64,000 bases of DNA from Mobula birostris (taxonomy: Eukaryota). How positions within the stretch are numbered: position 1 is the stretch's first letter; every line of letters begins with the position of its first letter. Of the stretch, positions 12,136 to 24,901 are shown one piece after another. The stretch spans positions 25,537,821 through 25,601,820 of the forward strand of contig NC_092379.1 of assembly GCF_030028105.1 (NCBI RefSeq). The letters run 5' to 3'. The notes beneath the pieces are model-generated. The model ran no database searches and was not told the origin of the DNA. It worked only from the letters and a program-made list of their open reading frames with translations. Both the position numbers and the translations under genes were made by a program.

Positions 12136-12437
12136 AGGTGCAGCACAATAATACGTTGCCATATCATATATCCGCATCGCGGGAATGGTCAAACGATACT
12201 CCATTTGGTCCTCCTGGACTACGTCAGCAAACCGGCCTTTGGCAAAATCCGCCTGAAAGACGTTATCACCAAGTGTGCTTCGCTGAGCCACAAACTCGAT
12301 CTGCCTACCAAGGTTTTGGCGATACCAAAATAAGTAATTAGCATCTCTGGTGTAGCTGCACGTGAAGGTAATGCGTTCGCCCTCAGTCCCGGTGAGTGAA
12401 GATTCCCGCTGAGTCACTGAAACGCCATCAATCAGAT
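12136..12437 (-). CDS. TCR alpha/delta-type V exon (V1), intact
   Basis: Acceptor CCCTATATTCTAG. 302-nt open phase-1 exon: LIDG-VSVTQRESSLTGTEGERITFTCSYTRDANYLFWYRQNLGRQIEFVAQRSTLGDNVFQADFAKGRFADVVQEDQMEYRLTIPAMRIYDMATYYCAAP. Cys23, Trp41 and D-x-A-x-Y-Y-C are intact. The V call is firm; alpha versus delta is not resolved. Confidence 0.92.
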
Positions 12438-13017
12438 CTAGAATATAGGGTGAATTAATATTTCATATTAAGAAACAATTAGCTGACCGCAGCCTGGCTG
12501 TTAACATAAAATAATATAAACTTACTACAGACTGTATAGTATGTTTTGTACCGACTGATACTTTCACAACACTACATTTCAAACTTATATACCTCAGGTT
12601 CTTGTTTACATTTATTCTTGTAATTCTCATCCAGTAATTCAGATAATGCAGCATATGCATCTGTATCATTATTAGATGACGACATTTCAACTGTCAACTG
12701 TCAAGCAGCAATGAACATAAATCTGAAGTTTTTGTTCATCTGATATCAGCGATGCAGTTATAGATAGTCTTTTGAACTCTATTCATTTTGAATATATTTT
12801 TGAATATATTCAAAAGTGAAAATTGACTCTACTTCCTGGTTTCTCATGAAGAAATATACAAACTGAAGTCCCCATGCTGACGGTTCAAACCTCAAGCCCT
12901 CCGTTTACTCTATACATACTTTATTTTAAACTGATAACTGACTCTAAAAGTCTGAAACAGTTCCATCCGCTGCATCCGAATAAATTAGTCACCATTAATA
13001 ACGGCTTCTGTTCTTAC

Positions 13018-13063
13018 CAATAATCAATGAAACCCACAACGTAACGAGTGAGTGGTGTCGCAT
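13018..13063 (-). CDS. Leader exon of V1 (MRHHSLVTLWVSLII)
   Basis: ATG + 14 codons + G, then a GTAAGA donor. 46 nt, phase 1, splices in frame to the V exon over a 580-bp intron. A homologous decayed leader lies upstream of V2. Confidence 0.85.
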
Positions 13064-13106
13064 TTTCTACTCCAAAAATGCCGAAACTTCTGAGTTTGAC
13101 AAGGAT

Positions 13107-13560
13107 CTGTTTCAGTCGAAGCAAGCAGCTGAGAAGAAGAGAGTGAGCAATCGGGTACAAGAAAGTTTTTTTTTAAACACTGCTCGGGGCGAAGGGTCTG
13201 CACTGCGCAGGCGCGTGACGTAACGCGCCAAGGTTAAAAAAAAAAGAATAATTTTCAACAGTTCTTGTTTATGTCGAAGCAATCAGCTGAGAAGAAGGGT
13301 GTGAGAAATCGGGTAGAAAACGTCTTTTGTTTTTAACTCTGCTAGGGGCGGAGTGCCTGAACTGCGCAGGCGCGTGACGTAAAATGCCAAGGCTTAAAAA
13401 GAGGAATTTTCAACGGTTCTTGTTCCAGTCAAAGCAAGCAGCTGAGAAGAAGGTTTTGAGAAATCGGGTAGAAAAATACTTTTTTTTAAACACTGCTCGG
13501 GGAGAAGGATCTGCACTGCGCAGGCGCGTGACGTAGAGCGCCGGGGTTTAAAAACAGACC
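13107..13560 (+). repeat. Three ~155-158-bp tandem units in the CR1 5' UTR
   Basis: GTC(G/A)AAGCAA(G/T)CAGCTGAGAAGAAG at 13115, 13273 and 13428. CTGCGCAGGCGCGTGACGTA at 13203, 13362 and 13516. Confidence 0.9.
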
Positions 13561-16500
13561 ACCATATACAGCGGCCATCGTTGTAGCGTCCATCGTCTGA
13601 GTGGACTCAGTCAGAGTCGGACAGCTTTTGCTCAACAGACTTCAGCGAGAACAGGCAGATGCCAGGGTAGGTTCCGGTAAGTTTTTTTCTTTGTGCAGAT
13701 TATTCAGAGTAGAGAGAATTCCAGGCAGAATGTTGGAATGCTCCTCTTGCAAAGTCACCTGCAAGAAGTGCATCCAGCTGCAGCTCCTAACAAAACCGCG
13801 TTAGGGAAATGGAGCCTGAGCTAGATGACCTCATGATCATTCGGAGAATGAGGAGATTGTAGATAGTAGCTACAGGGAGGTAGTTACGCCAAAGGAGCAG
13901 AGCACAAGAAATTGGGTCACTGTCAGCTAAGGTAGAGGAAAGGACAGGCAGAGCAGGGTTTCCCTGTGGCCATTCCCCTCACCAACAAGTATACTGCATT
14001 GGATACTGTTGTGGGGGATGACTTACCTGGGACAAGCTGCAGCAGTCAGATGTCTGGCACTGAGTCTGGCTCTGCAGTGCAGAAGGGAGGGTGGAAAAAG
14101 AGGACAGCGATAGTGATAGGGGACTCGATAGTTAGAGGTACAGATAGGAAGTTCCTTGGTCGTGACAGAGAATCCAGGATGGTTTGTTGCCTCCCGGGTG
14201 CCAGGGTCAAGGATGTCTCTGATCGCTTGCATGACATTCTCAACTGGGAGGGTGATCAGCCAGATGTCGTGGTGCACATCGGTACCAGTGACATAGCAAG
14301 GAAAAGCAGGACCTCGAGCGTAGTAATCTCAGGATTGCTACAGTTGCTACGTGCCAGTGAAGGTAAGAATAGGATGCTCTGGAGGATGAACAAGTGGTTG
14401 TGGAACTGGTGTAAGAGGCAGGGTTTCAGATTTCAGATCATTGGGATCTCTTCTGGGGCAGGTGGGACCTGTACAAGAGAGACGGGTTGCACTTGAACTA
14501 CAAGGGGACCAATATCCTTTCAGGGAGGTTTGTTAGTGCTGTTGGGAGGCTTTAAACTAGATTTTCAGAGGGATGGAAACCAGAGCTGAGAGTGTGGTTG
14601 GGGTGAAAATAAATGAGGTTAAAAGTTCAAGCAAAGTCACGAATAGAAAAATTGTGATTGGTGACAAAAATCCTCTGAGGTGTATATATTTCAGTGCTAG
14701 GAGAATTGCGGGGAAGGCGGACGAGTTGAGGGCGTAGATTGACAAGTGGAATTATGACGTTATAGCAATTAGAGAAACTTAGCTACAGGAGGGGCAGGCC
14801 TGGCGGCTTAATGTTCCAGGATTCCGGTGTTTCAGATGTGAGAGAGGCAGACGGATGGAAGTTGGGGGGCGGGGAGGTAGCATTGCTCGTCAGGGAAAAT
14901 GTTGCAGCAGTGCTCAGGCAGGACGGATTAGAGGGCTTGTGTACTGAGTCCTTATGGGTGGAGCTGATAACAGGAAAAGTATGGCCACATTAGTGGGGTT
15001 GTATTATAGACCACCCAATAGTCAGCGAGAATTGGAGGACCAAATCTGCAGAGAGATAGCACACACCTGCAGGAAACATAAAGTTGTGGTGTTCGTAGAT
15101 TTTAATCTTCAATATATTGTTTGGGACTCCCATACTGTTAGGGGTCTAGATGGTTTAGAGTTTGTAAAATGTGTTCAGGAATCTTTGCTAAATCAATAGG
15201 TATAACTACCAACTACAGAGGATGCAATATTGGATTTTCTGGTAGGAATGAGTTAGGACAAGTGACGGAAGTGTGTGTAGCGGAGCACTTTTTTTTCCAG
15301 TTATCATAACAACATTAGTTTCAACTTGAACATGGAGAAGCATATATCTGGTCCTAGGATTGAGGTTCTGAACTGGAAGAATGCCAAATTTGTAGAAATG
15401 AGAAAGGATCTGAAAAGCCTGTATTGGGACAGTTTGTTCTCTGGCAAGATTGTGATCGGTAAGTGGGAAGCCTTCAAAGGAGACATTTTGAGAGTGCAGA
15501 ACTTGTATATATCTGATAGGATTAAAGGCAAAGTGAATAGGAATAAGGAACCTTGGTTCTCAAGGGATATTGACACTCTGATAAAGAAGAAGAGAGAGTC
15601 GTATAACATGTATAGGAAACCAGGAGTAAGTAAGGTGCTTGAGGAGTATAAACAGTACAAGAAAGTACTTAAGAAATAAATCAGAAGGACTAAAAGAAGA
15701 CATGAGGTTGCCTTGGCAGTCAAAGTGAAGGATAATCCAAAAAGCTTTCACAGGTATATTAAGAGTAAAAGGATTGTAAGGGATAAAATTGGTCCTCGTG
15801 AAGATCAGAGTGTTCGGCTATGTGTGGAACCAAAAGAAATTGGGGAGATCTTAAATGTTTGTTTGTTGTTTTTTTTTTCCGTCTGTATTTACTAAGTAAA
15901 CGTCTATGAAGTCTATGGAATTAAGGGAAACATGTAATGAGATCATGGAAACTGTACAGATTGAAAAGGAGGAGGTGTTTGCTATCTTTAGGCAAGTTAA
16001 AGTGGATAAATCTCCAGGACCTGACAGGGTATTCCCTCGGACCTCGAAGGAGACTAGTGTTGAAAATACAGGGGCCCTGGCAGATATATTTAAAATGTCG
16101 GTGTCTACGGGTGAGGTGTCAGAGGATTGGAGAGCAGCTCGTGTTGTTCCGTTGTTTAAAACACGGATCGAAAAGTAATCCGGGAATTTATAGGCCGGTA
16201 AGTGTGACGTCGGTAGGTGGTAAGTTATTGGAGGGAGTACTAAGAGACAGATTCTGCAAACAATTGTATAGACAGGGACTTATTAGGGAGTCAGCATGGC
16301 TTTGTGCGTGCGAAGTCATGTTTGACCAATCTATTGCAGTTTTTCGAGGTTACCAGGAAAGTGGATGAAGGGAAGGCAGTGAATGTTGTCTACATGGACT
16401 TCAGTAAGGCCTTTGACAAGGTCCCGCATGGGAGGTTAATTAGGAAATTTCTGTCGCTAGGTATACATGGAGAGGTGGTAAAATAGATTAGGCATTGGCT

Positions 16501-17591
16501 CAATGGAAAAAGCCAAAGAGTGGTAGTAGAGAATTGATTCTCTGAGTGGAGGTCTGTGGCTAGTGGAGTGCCACAGGTATCAGTGCTGGGTCCATTGTTA
16601 TTTGTCATCTATATCAATGATCTGGATGATAATGTGGTAAATTGGACCAGCAAGTTTGCTGATAATACAAAATTGGTCTAGTGGACAGTGAGGAAGGTTT
16701 TCAGATCCTGCAGAAGGACTTGGACCAGCTGGAAAAATGGGCTGAAAATGGCAGATAGAGTTTAATACAGACAAGTGTGAGACATTACACTTTGGAAGGA
16801 CAAATTACGGTAGAACATACAGGGTAAATGATAAGGCATTGAAGAGTGCAGTAGAACAGAGGGATCTGGGAATACAGATACAACATTCCCTAAAAGCGGA
16901 GTCACAGGTAGATAGGGTCGTAAAGAGAGCTTTTGGTACTTTCGCCTTTATTAATCAAAGTATTGAGTTTAAGGGCTGGAATGTTATGATGAAGTTGCAT
17001 AAGACATTGGTGAGGCCGAATCTGGAATATTGTGTTGAAGTTTGGTCACTAAATTACAGGAAGGATGTTAATGAGGTTGAAAGAGTGCAGAGAAGGTTTA
17101 CAAGGATGTTGCCGGGACTTGACAAACTCAGTTACATAGAATGGTTGAATAGGTTAGGACTTTATTCCCTGGAGCGTAGACTAACGAGAGGAGATTCGAT
17201 AGAGGTATATAAAATTATGATGGGTATAGACAGAGTGAATGCAAGCAGGCTTTTTCCACTGAGGCAAGTGTAGAAAAAAAAAAAAAAAACAAAGGACATG
17301 GTTTAAGGGTGAGGGGGAAAAAGTTTAAAGGGAACATTAGGAGGGACTTCTTCACACAGAGAGTAGTGGGAGTATGGAAGGAGCTGATAGACGAGGTGGT
17401 AAATGCGTGTTCTTTTTCACATTTAAGAATAGATTGGACAGATAATGGATGGGAGGTGCATGGAGGGATATGGTCCGTGTTCAGGTCAGTGGGACTAGGT
17501 AGAAAATAGTTCGGCACAGCCAAGATGGGCCAAAAGACCTGTTTCAGTGCTGTAGTTTTTCTATGGTTTCTAAGGTTTATATGGTTTATAT
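13107..17591 (+). mobile_element. Near-full-length CR1 LINE (5' UTR, ORF1 with Cys motif and GDSL-like esterase, ORF2 APE+RT), frameshifted
   Basis: ORF1: MLECSSCK..CKKCIQLQLL and VIGDSIVRG..RMVCCLPGARV. ORF2: GLYYRPPNS, YRPVSVTSV, YMDFSKAFDKVPHGRL and GPLLFVI. The 3' tail is made of TTT(C/A)TATGG-like repeats. Confidence 0.92.
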
Positions 17592-17900
17592 GGATGACAT
17601 GGAGAGAGAAGACCAGACTGGGTAATAATGCGTCATTTACTGAGGAGCTGATAGCAGTATTTTTTTTTTTTTTTATATAACTTAGTTTGTTAAGGCTTGG
17701 GTGCCTACGCGACAGCAAAACGTATTCTGATTTCATCGAATTCAAACGGCAGATTGGTGTATTAAAATGCAAAATGTCAAAAGAAAGCAGTAAGTGTATG
17801 TGTCAGATATCTGAGAATACCAGAGATCCAGAATTGACTTCGTTTTCCTGGCATTTTATTGACACTTCTATTGATACTATTTTATTTTATTTTAATTTAA
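17592..17900 (-). promoter_or_regulatory. Displaced native upstream (promoter) region of V1
   Basis: Aligns with the sequence directly upstream of the V2 leader (~34140-34420). Contains a CRE/AP-1-like TGACGCA on the minus strand. Promoter function is inferred from position. Confidence 0.65.
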
Positions 17901-18084
17901 TATAATTCTTATAAAATAATAAGAATAATTATTATAATGATTATACTTTATCCTTTATTTTCGCCAGACAATCGATACTAAAACGTGCAACAATCATAGC
18001 GATATTTGATTCTGCGCTTCCCCCTCCCTAGATTACAATTCGATAGGAAATATGAAACATTAAATTATAAATCGTAAACAGAAA

Positions 18085-18487
18085 ATATAAAAATGGAAAG
18101 TAAGCTAGTCCAAAACAAAAACTGAGGTGCAGGTCCGGATATTTGGAGGGCACAGCCCAGTGCCGTGTCAGGATATGTTGAGCAGTCTTATCACAGTTGG
18201 AAAGAAGCTATTCCCAAATCTGGCCGTTCGGGTCTTCAAGCTCCTGAGCCTTCTCCCGGAGGGAAAAGGGACGAAAAGTGTGTTGGCAGGGTGGGTCGTA
18301 TCCTTGATTATCCTGCAGCTGTACTCCAACAGTGTGCGGTGTAAAGTGAGTGCAAGGACGGAAGATTGGTTTGTGTGATGTGCTGCGCCGTGTTCATGAA
18401 GTTCTGCAGCTTCTTCCGTTCTTGGACAGGACAACTTCCATACCAGATTGTGATGGAACCTAGAAGAATGCTTTGTACGGTGCATCT
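18085..18487 (-). mobile_element. L2/Rex1-like LINE 3' fragment
   Basis: HPANTLFVPFPSGRRLRSLKTRTARFGNSFFPTVIRLLN, a typical C-terminus of this clade. Confidence 0.8.
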
Positions 18488-18514
18488 ATTAAAAAAAAAA
18501 TATATACATATTTA

Positions 18515-18830
18515 TGGCTGACCTGGGATCCAACTCAATCCCGTACACCAGACTTCTCTCCGTATTATTTTATACCCTCACCAAACAAGAAACTGTCAAT
18601 TTCCGATTTAAATATACCCACGGTCTTGACTACCACAGTCTGCAGCAGAGACTTCCGAAGATACAGTACCGTGTGGGCAAAAACAAAATTTTCCTTTCTT
18701 GTATTCCAAAAGACCACCGTTAATTCTGAGGCTGTGGTCTTTCGCTTTAGATACTCCCAATTTAGGAACCATGCTCTCCACAGCCATCTTATCCAGTCCA
18801 TTCAATATACCTCATCGGGCTAAATTTTTT
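18515..18830 (-). mobile_element. CR1 3'-end fragment
   Basis: GHSLRI-like piece and FKSEIDSFL, followed by a CR1 3' UTR. Confidence 0.7.
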
Positions 18831-19087
18831 TTTTTTTTTTTTTTTTTTGGCATGCTGACTCTGAAACTGGATCAGAATTGAATGTATAGTGAGGAATAAT
18901 TTCTTTCATGAGTTTCTATTTTATAGAAAGACTTTGGTGAATAATAGGATTGTGTCAATGCATGTTGTCAGTTTGACTTATATTGCCGCAGGGTTCTGCA
19001 ACGTGTTGGGTTGTTCTTTCCCCTGGCACTTTCTACATGTCTATATATGTCTATATATTCCGAAAGAATCAATCTTTGTCACTTGTT

Positions 19088-19410
19088 GCCAATATACAGG
19101 AGGACACACCAGGAGCAAGGGAGATTGTGACGCCAATGCACTGACTGGTGAAGTGTCGCATCACCTGGAAGGACTGTTTGTGGCACTGAAGAATAGTAAG
19201 GGAGGAAGCACAAAGTCACGTGTAACATTTGTTCCACCTCTGCCGATAAATGCCAGGAGCTAGGCCAGTAGGGATGAACCAATTCGCAAGTGAATTACGT
19301 AAGGAGTAACCATACGGAAAACAGTTAGCGATGAGGGGTGGGAGATGTGTTTGCTGATGCGTTTGGAAATGGCATAATTTCCGGATGATTCCAGAAAACA
19401 GAAACATAAA
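19088..19410 (-). mobile_element. Penelope-like element fragment (region leading into the GIY-YIG endonuclease)
   Basis: Minus-strand pieces YSLRNSL, KQSFQVMRHFT and VLLYIG resemble the PLE C-terminal region. Paralogue at 51690-52010. Confidence 0.7.
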
Positions 19411-20164
19411 GAGCTATTGTAATACGAAACGGAGCAGCACGATGCATAGAAGTGATGGGTGAATAGGATACATAAACGTATCTGAGATATCTGCAAGTAA
19501 GGATCAAGGAATATATTCCGAAAAATTTAAAGCTTTTGGCAGAATTTACTTGAAGGCTTAAGAGAAACTATCAAACAGAGCTCAGTAGTACAGCATTATT
19601 TCAAAGGACGTAAACACTTGCGCTACCTGTATTGACGTATAATTTTGGCATAATATTTTGATCAAACAGCAAATTATAAAACTAACAAAAAACAACTAAA
19701 ATTGCATATTTCAGAAAACATTATGTGCGCTGTAACGCACTAAGAATAACACGACAAAACACAGAAGTAGGAAGTGGAATACAGATGATCTAATTCTATT
19801 TCAAGGTCACATAAAACGTCTGAGTACATATTTTCATTAAAACAACAGGATTTAACAAACTATGCGAGTGCATGCAATTCTGATAAGAGGACACAACACT
19901 AAATTCAACTGAGAGATTAAACATTAAAAGATGACAGAAAACCATCCATCTGATGAGAATGATCCTTCAAGAAAGACAACACCCTGGTCTAAACAGACTT
20001 GATGTCAAGAAGAAAGCGTCAAACACCAGGTCCAAAGATAAAGATCTCTTCTCACAATAAGAAGGCTTCCTTGCGGCAATATAGGACCAGTTGGTTACCA
20101 CACACACTCATATATAAGTAGAATGTAGAAACTGCTAAAGGAAAGAACAACGCAACAGGTTAGG

Positions 20165-23150
20165 AACATTGAAACGTCGAAAACCTGCAGCGCAATACAG
20201 GCCCTTCTGCCCGGAAAGCTGTGCCGAACATGTCCTTACCTGAGAAATTGCCTGGGGTTACCCATCGCCCTCTATTCTTCTGAGCTCCAAATGCCAATCC
20301 AGGAGTATCTTAAATGACCCAATCGTATCTGCCTCCACCACCACCGCCGGCAGCCAATACCACGCACTCACCACTGTTTGGGGTATTAAACGTACCGGTG
20401 ATAAATCCTCTGTAGCTGCATCCAAGCACCTTAAAACTGTGCCCTTTCGTGATAGCCATTTCAGTTCTGGGGGAAAAAAAAAAAAAAAACTTTTGTCTAT
20501 CCACACGATAAATACCTGTCATCATCTCATACACCTCTACCATATCAGTTGTCATGCACCGTCGCTCCGTGGAAAAAAAAAGGCTGAGTTCACTAAACTT
20601 ATCCTCATAAGGCATGCACCCCAATACAGGCAACATCACTACAAATCTCCTCTGCACAACTTCTACAGCTTCTACATTCTTCCTATAGTGAGGTGACTAG
20701 AACTGAGGCCAGTACTGCAAGTGAGCCTTCAATAGGGTCCAATATAGCTGCAACATTACTTCTTGGCTCCTAAACTTAATTCCACGATTGATGAAAGCCA
20801 ATGCACCGCATATTTTCTTAACCACATCGTCAACCTGCGAAACAGCCTTGAGTGTCATATGGACTAGCACCACCAGATCCCTCCGATCCTCCACACAGCT
20901 AAGAGTGTTATCATTGATACTGTATTTTGTCATCGTATTTCACCTATCAAAATGAACTACCTCGCATTTCTCTGGGTTGAACTCTAACTGCCACTTCTCA
21001 GTCCATTTATGCATCCTATCAATGTCTTGCTGTAACATCTGACAGCCCTCCGCATTATCTACAGCACTCCCATCATTTGTGTCATCAGCAGATTTACTAA
21101 CTCACCCCTACACTTCCTCATCCAGGTCATTTGTAAAAGTCACGAAGAGTAGCGGTTCCAGAACAAATCCTTGAGGCACTCCCCTGGGGACCGATCTCCG
21201 TGCAAAATATGGTCCGTTTAAAGTTACACTTTGCCTTCTGTGGGCAAGCCAGTTCCAAATCCAGTAAGCAATTTCCCCTTGGATATCATGCCTCCTTACT
21301 TTTTCATTAAGCCTTAAATAGGGTATCTCTTCAAATGCCTTGCTGAAATCCATATACACTCCATCTACCATCATCAAGATGTTTAGTCATATCCTCAAAA
21401 ATTTCAATCAGATCGAAAGGCATAGGCTGCGTTTCACAAAGCCATGTTGACTATTCCAAATCCTATTATGCCTCTCCAAATGTACATCATTTCTGTCTAT
21501 CACGATATTCTCCATCAACTTAACAACAACTGAAATAAGACTCACTGATCTAAAATTTCCTGGTCTATCTCTGCTCCAGTTCCTGAATAATTAAACGACA
21601 TTCGCTAGCGTCCAATTCTCCGGAACCTCTGCCGTCCCCACTGATGATGCAAAGATCATCCCCAGTAACTTAGCAATCTCCTCCATCACCTCCCAGAGTA
21701 GTCTGGGGTACATTTCGTCCGGTCCAGGTGACTTATCCCACTTGATGCTTTCCAAATACTCCAGCACATTGCCTTTCCTAATATCTACATGATCAGGCTG
21801 TTTAGTCCACTCTACGTTATCCCTACAATGGCGCAAGATCCTTATCTGTCACAAGTACTGAAGCAAATTACTCATTAAGTACCTCTGCTACCTTCTCTGG
21901 TTCCCTACAGACTTTTGCATTGTCACACTTGATTGGCCCCATTCATGCAGTCCTATCCTCTTGCTCTTCATATACTTGTATCATGCCTTGGGGTTTTCCT
22001 TAATCCTGTCCTTAATCGTGGTCCCTACTGGCTCTACTAATTTATTTCTTGAACTCCTTCCTGCAAGCCTTATAATCTTCTGGCTCTCTATAGATACCTA
22101 GCTTTTTGAATCTTTCATAAACTCTTCTTTTCTTCCTGACTAGATTTACAAAAGCCTTTGTGCACCACGATGCCGGTACCGTGCTATCCTTTCCCTGCCT
22201 CATTGGAAAGTAAATATGCAGAATTCCACGCAAATGTCCCCTAAACCGTTGTCAGATTTCTTCCGTCCATTTCCCTGAGAACTTTTGTTTCCAATTTATT
22301 TCTGCAAGTTCCTGCCTGATAGCCTCATATTTCCCATCACTCAATTAAACGCTTTCCCAACTTGTCTGATCGGATTCCCCCTCCATTTCTATGGTAAATG
22401 AGATAGAGCTCTGATCAGTACCTCCAAAATGCTCCTCCACTCAGAGCTGTGAAACCTGACCAAGTTCATTTCCCAATATCAGATCAAGTACAACCTTGCC
22501 TCTTTGAGGCCTATTTAAATATTGTGCCCAGAAACCCCCTTGAACACACCTAACAAACTCCACCCCACCTATACCTCTCTCTCTAGGGACATGCTGATCG
22601 ATATTTTAGAAATTAAAATCACCCACCAAGAGAATTCTGTTTTTAGTACAACTTTCCAGAATCTGTCTCCCTATCTGGTCCTCGATGACCCTGTTGCTGC
22701 TGGGTGGTCTATAAAAAATCACCCAGCCTGGCTCTCGAAGTATCTATTCCTGCCCCTGAGCCATGCAACTCTCTGTATTGGCCATAACATCATAGTTCCA
22801 AGTACTGTTCCACTCCCTAAACACATTCGCATTGTTCATAATACTCCTTGCCTTAAAATAGACACACCTCAAACTATCGGTGTGCGCGCAACCCTTCTGT
22901 ATCACCTACCTATTCTTCCTCTCGCACTGTCTACAAACATTCTCTATTTGTAAGCCAAACGCTTCTTCCTCCGTCTCTTTAGTTTGGCTCTCAACCCCTA
23001 GAAGACGGTCATCGAGCTGCATCTCCAGTTCACTAACACGGTCCTTAAGGAGCTGCAGCTGGACGCACCTGGCGCAGGTGTGGCCGTCCGGGAGACGGAG
23101 AGTGTCCCGGGCCTTCCACAGCTGACACCGAGCACAGAAAACCAAGCACA
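20165..23150 (-). mobile_element. Internally deleted CR1 LINE
   Basis: ORF1 start CARCQLW..HTCARCVQLQLLKDRVSELE. RT pieces VYMDFSKAF, PQGFVLEPLLFV and DKSPGPDEMYPRLL. Confidence 0.88.
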
Positions 23151-23867
23151 TTATAGGAGCCTACAGCAATATAACTCAATGTGGCTACTTGCATAGACAC
23201 CATCAAATGCTAAACATCATTCATCAAAGACTAGCATTATAATAGAAACTCATAAAAAAATCATACCTTGCTATAAATGAAAGTATGATCGAGTTTTCCA
23301 GTCGTAATGCCACAAATTTATTTCGATCAATCGGTTATATTGAATAGACTAGATTTTTTTTTTTTTGGGATATATATCTATATATCCTACATCCTGTCCA
23401 GTGATTTATCTAACTTCGCTGAAAAGCGTAGTATAGCCCCATTTGCTGATCAATTAATGATCGGCACAAAAAGCGACTGGCAGTTGCTGGTTTATTTAGT
23501 ACGGAAATGGGACTACCCTTGCAATGGACCAGTAGCTTTAAAAGCAGTTACTGTTCAGACACATTCTATTCCACAAAGATAGAGTGAGAATGCTTATATT
23601 GCCTGCGTGAGCAATAGAAAACTTTAAGGCACAGGATACTTAACAAAAAAAAATGACATTCCATAATTAGTTAATTTATTATTAAATACTATAAGGTATA
23701 CGCAGATATAAGCACTCTTGACAGGACTAGAATCCTATTCTGTTAAACCCCTTCACAGTCTTATGAATTTTGTTCCTTTCAAGATAAGAGTTTGTGCATC
23801 ATGCCGGTGCCTGAACAATTGTCAATTACAGACCAGAATCGGCAACAGCTGCACCCCAGGAACTGTC

Positions 23868-24147
23868 AGTTAAACTATTAAGATGGAGCCTACTCCGGGA
23901 ACATTCAGAAGTGAGCACACAAACATATTGCGGTGTAAGATAGGCGCAAACGTGAATGGTAAGTGATACTCTCTTTCTGAGAACTGCACGACATCAGGAT
24001 ATTGGCCTTTCAGGAAATCGACCTGCAGTTTTAGCGTCCTGTTCTGACTCCTCGGATCGTAATTATCTGCTTCTCGTTTGGATTAGTGGAGTACCAGGGG
24101 AACGCGGTTCCTTCTATCCATCCCATCGCTGTACAACCTAGAAACTG
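23868..24147 (-). pseudogene. Eroded TCR V remnant with degenerate RSS
   Basis: Frameshifted minus-strand pieces FLGCTAMGWIEGTAFPWY (Cys...Trp), QVDFLKGQYPDVVQFSEREYHL (matches QADFAKGRFADVVQEDQMEYRL of V1) and a final TGT GCT. The 3' flank (23830-23876) aligns with the post-RSS flank of V1-V4. Confidence 0.72.
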
Positions 24148-24149
24148 TC

Positions 24150-24480
24150 CCTGTTGTGTGGAAAACATCACGTGTAGTACCAGGACACAGAAAGAGACAA
24201 CCGAAAATCATGAATGATTACTGTCTAGTGGCCCTGATCTCAGTGATCATGAAGACCATAGAAAGGCTGGTCCTAGCTCACCTCCGAACCTTGGTCAGAT
24301 CAACACTTCATCCCATACAGTTTGACTACCAGGAGCATATTGGAGACTACGATGTTATCATCTACCTTCTAAACAGAGCCTGCTCACATTCGACTAAGCA
24401 GCGCATTAACTCTGACGATGATTTTTTTTTTTTTTGATTTACTAATTACCTTCAATACAATTGCTTGAGAGAGTTACTAG
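24150..24480 (+). mobile_element. Rex1/L2-like RT fragment inserted at the 5' side of the V remnant
   Basis: MNDYCLVALISVIMKTIERLVLAHL..LHPIQFDYQ, a typical RT N-terminal motif. Confidence 0.8.
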
Positions 24481-24830
24481 ATATATCCATCTGAACCTAT
24501 GGGAACTGGGTTAGACAGTCTTTCAGAACTAGACATGGTGTATTATCGGGTCAAGCAGTACGGCGTAGGATGACTCTGGACTTGATGCTCCTCAAGTTAT
24601 CTTCAGCTAGATGAAGTGTCTACTAATCTGGATACGACAATAGAGCCTTCTCCGCCAGCATTTGCTGTGTGTGTGCGTTGGCGGGGGGCGGGCATGTGTT
24701 GGTGAAGGTGTAGGGGTCCTCGGGGCATCATGCCATTTTTATTAATTATCTCATTTAGCGTTGTTGTATTCTTCAGATAAATGCCAGTCTACTACGTGCG
24801 TTAACATTGCCAAATGAAGATTGATGATTA

Positions 24831-24863
<33 letters not shown>

Positions 24864-24901
24864 GTTGTTGTTGTTGTTATTGTTGTTATTATTATTATTA
24901 T
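24831..24901. repeat. Compound trinucleotide microsatellite (GAT)n(GTT)n(ATT)n
   Basis: Read directly from the sequence. Confidence 0.95.

Noticed and set aside
12463-12690. 75-aa ORF upstream of the V1 exon as a possible leader
   Set aside because: It is not hydrophobic and gives no in-phase donor. The real leader is at 13018-13063, so this is intron.
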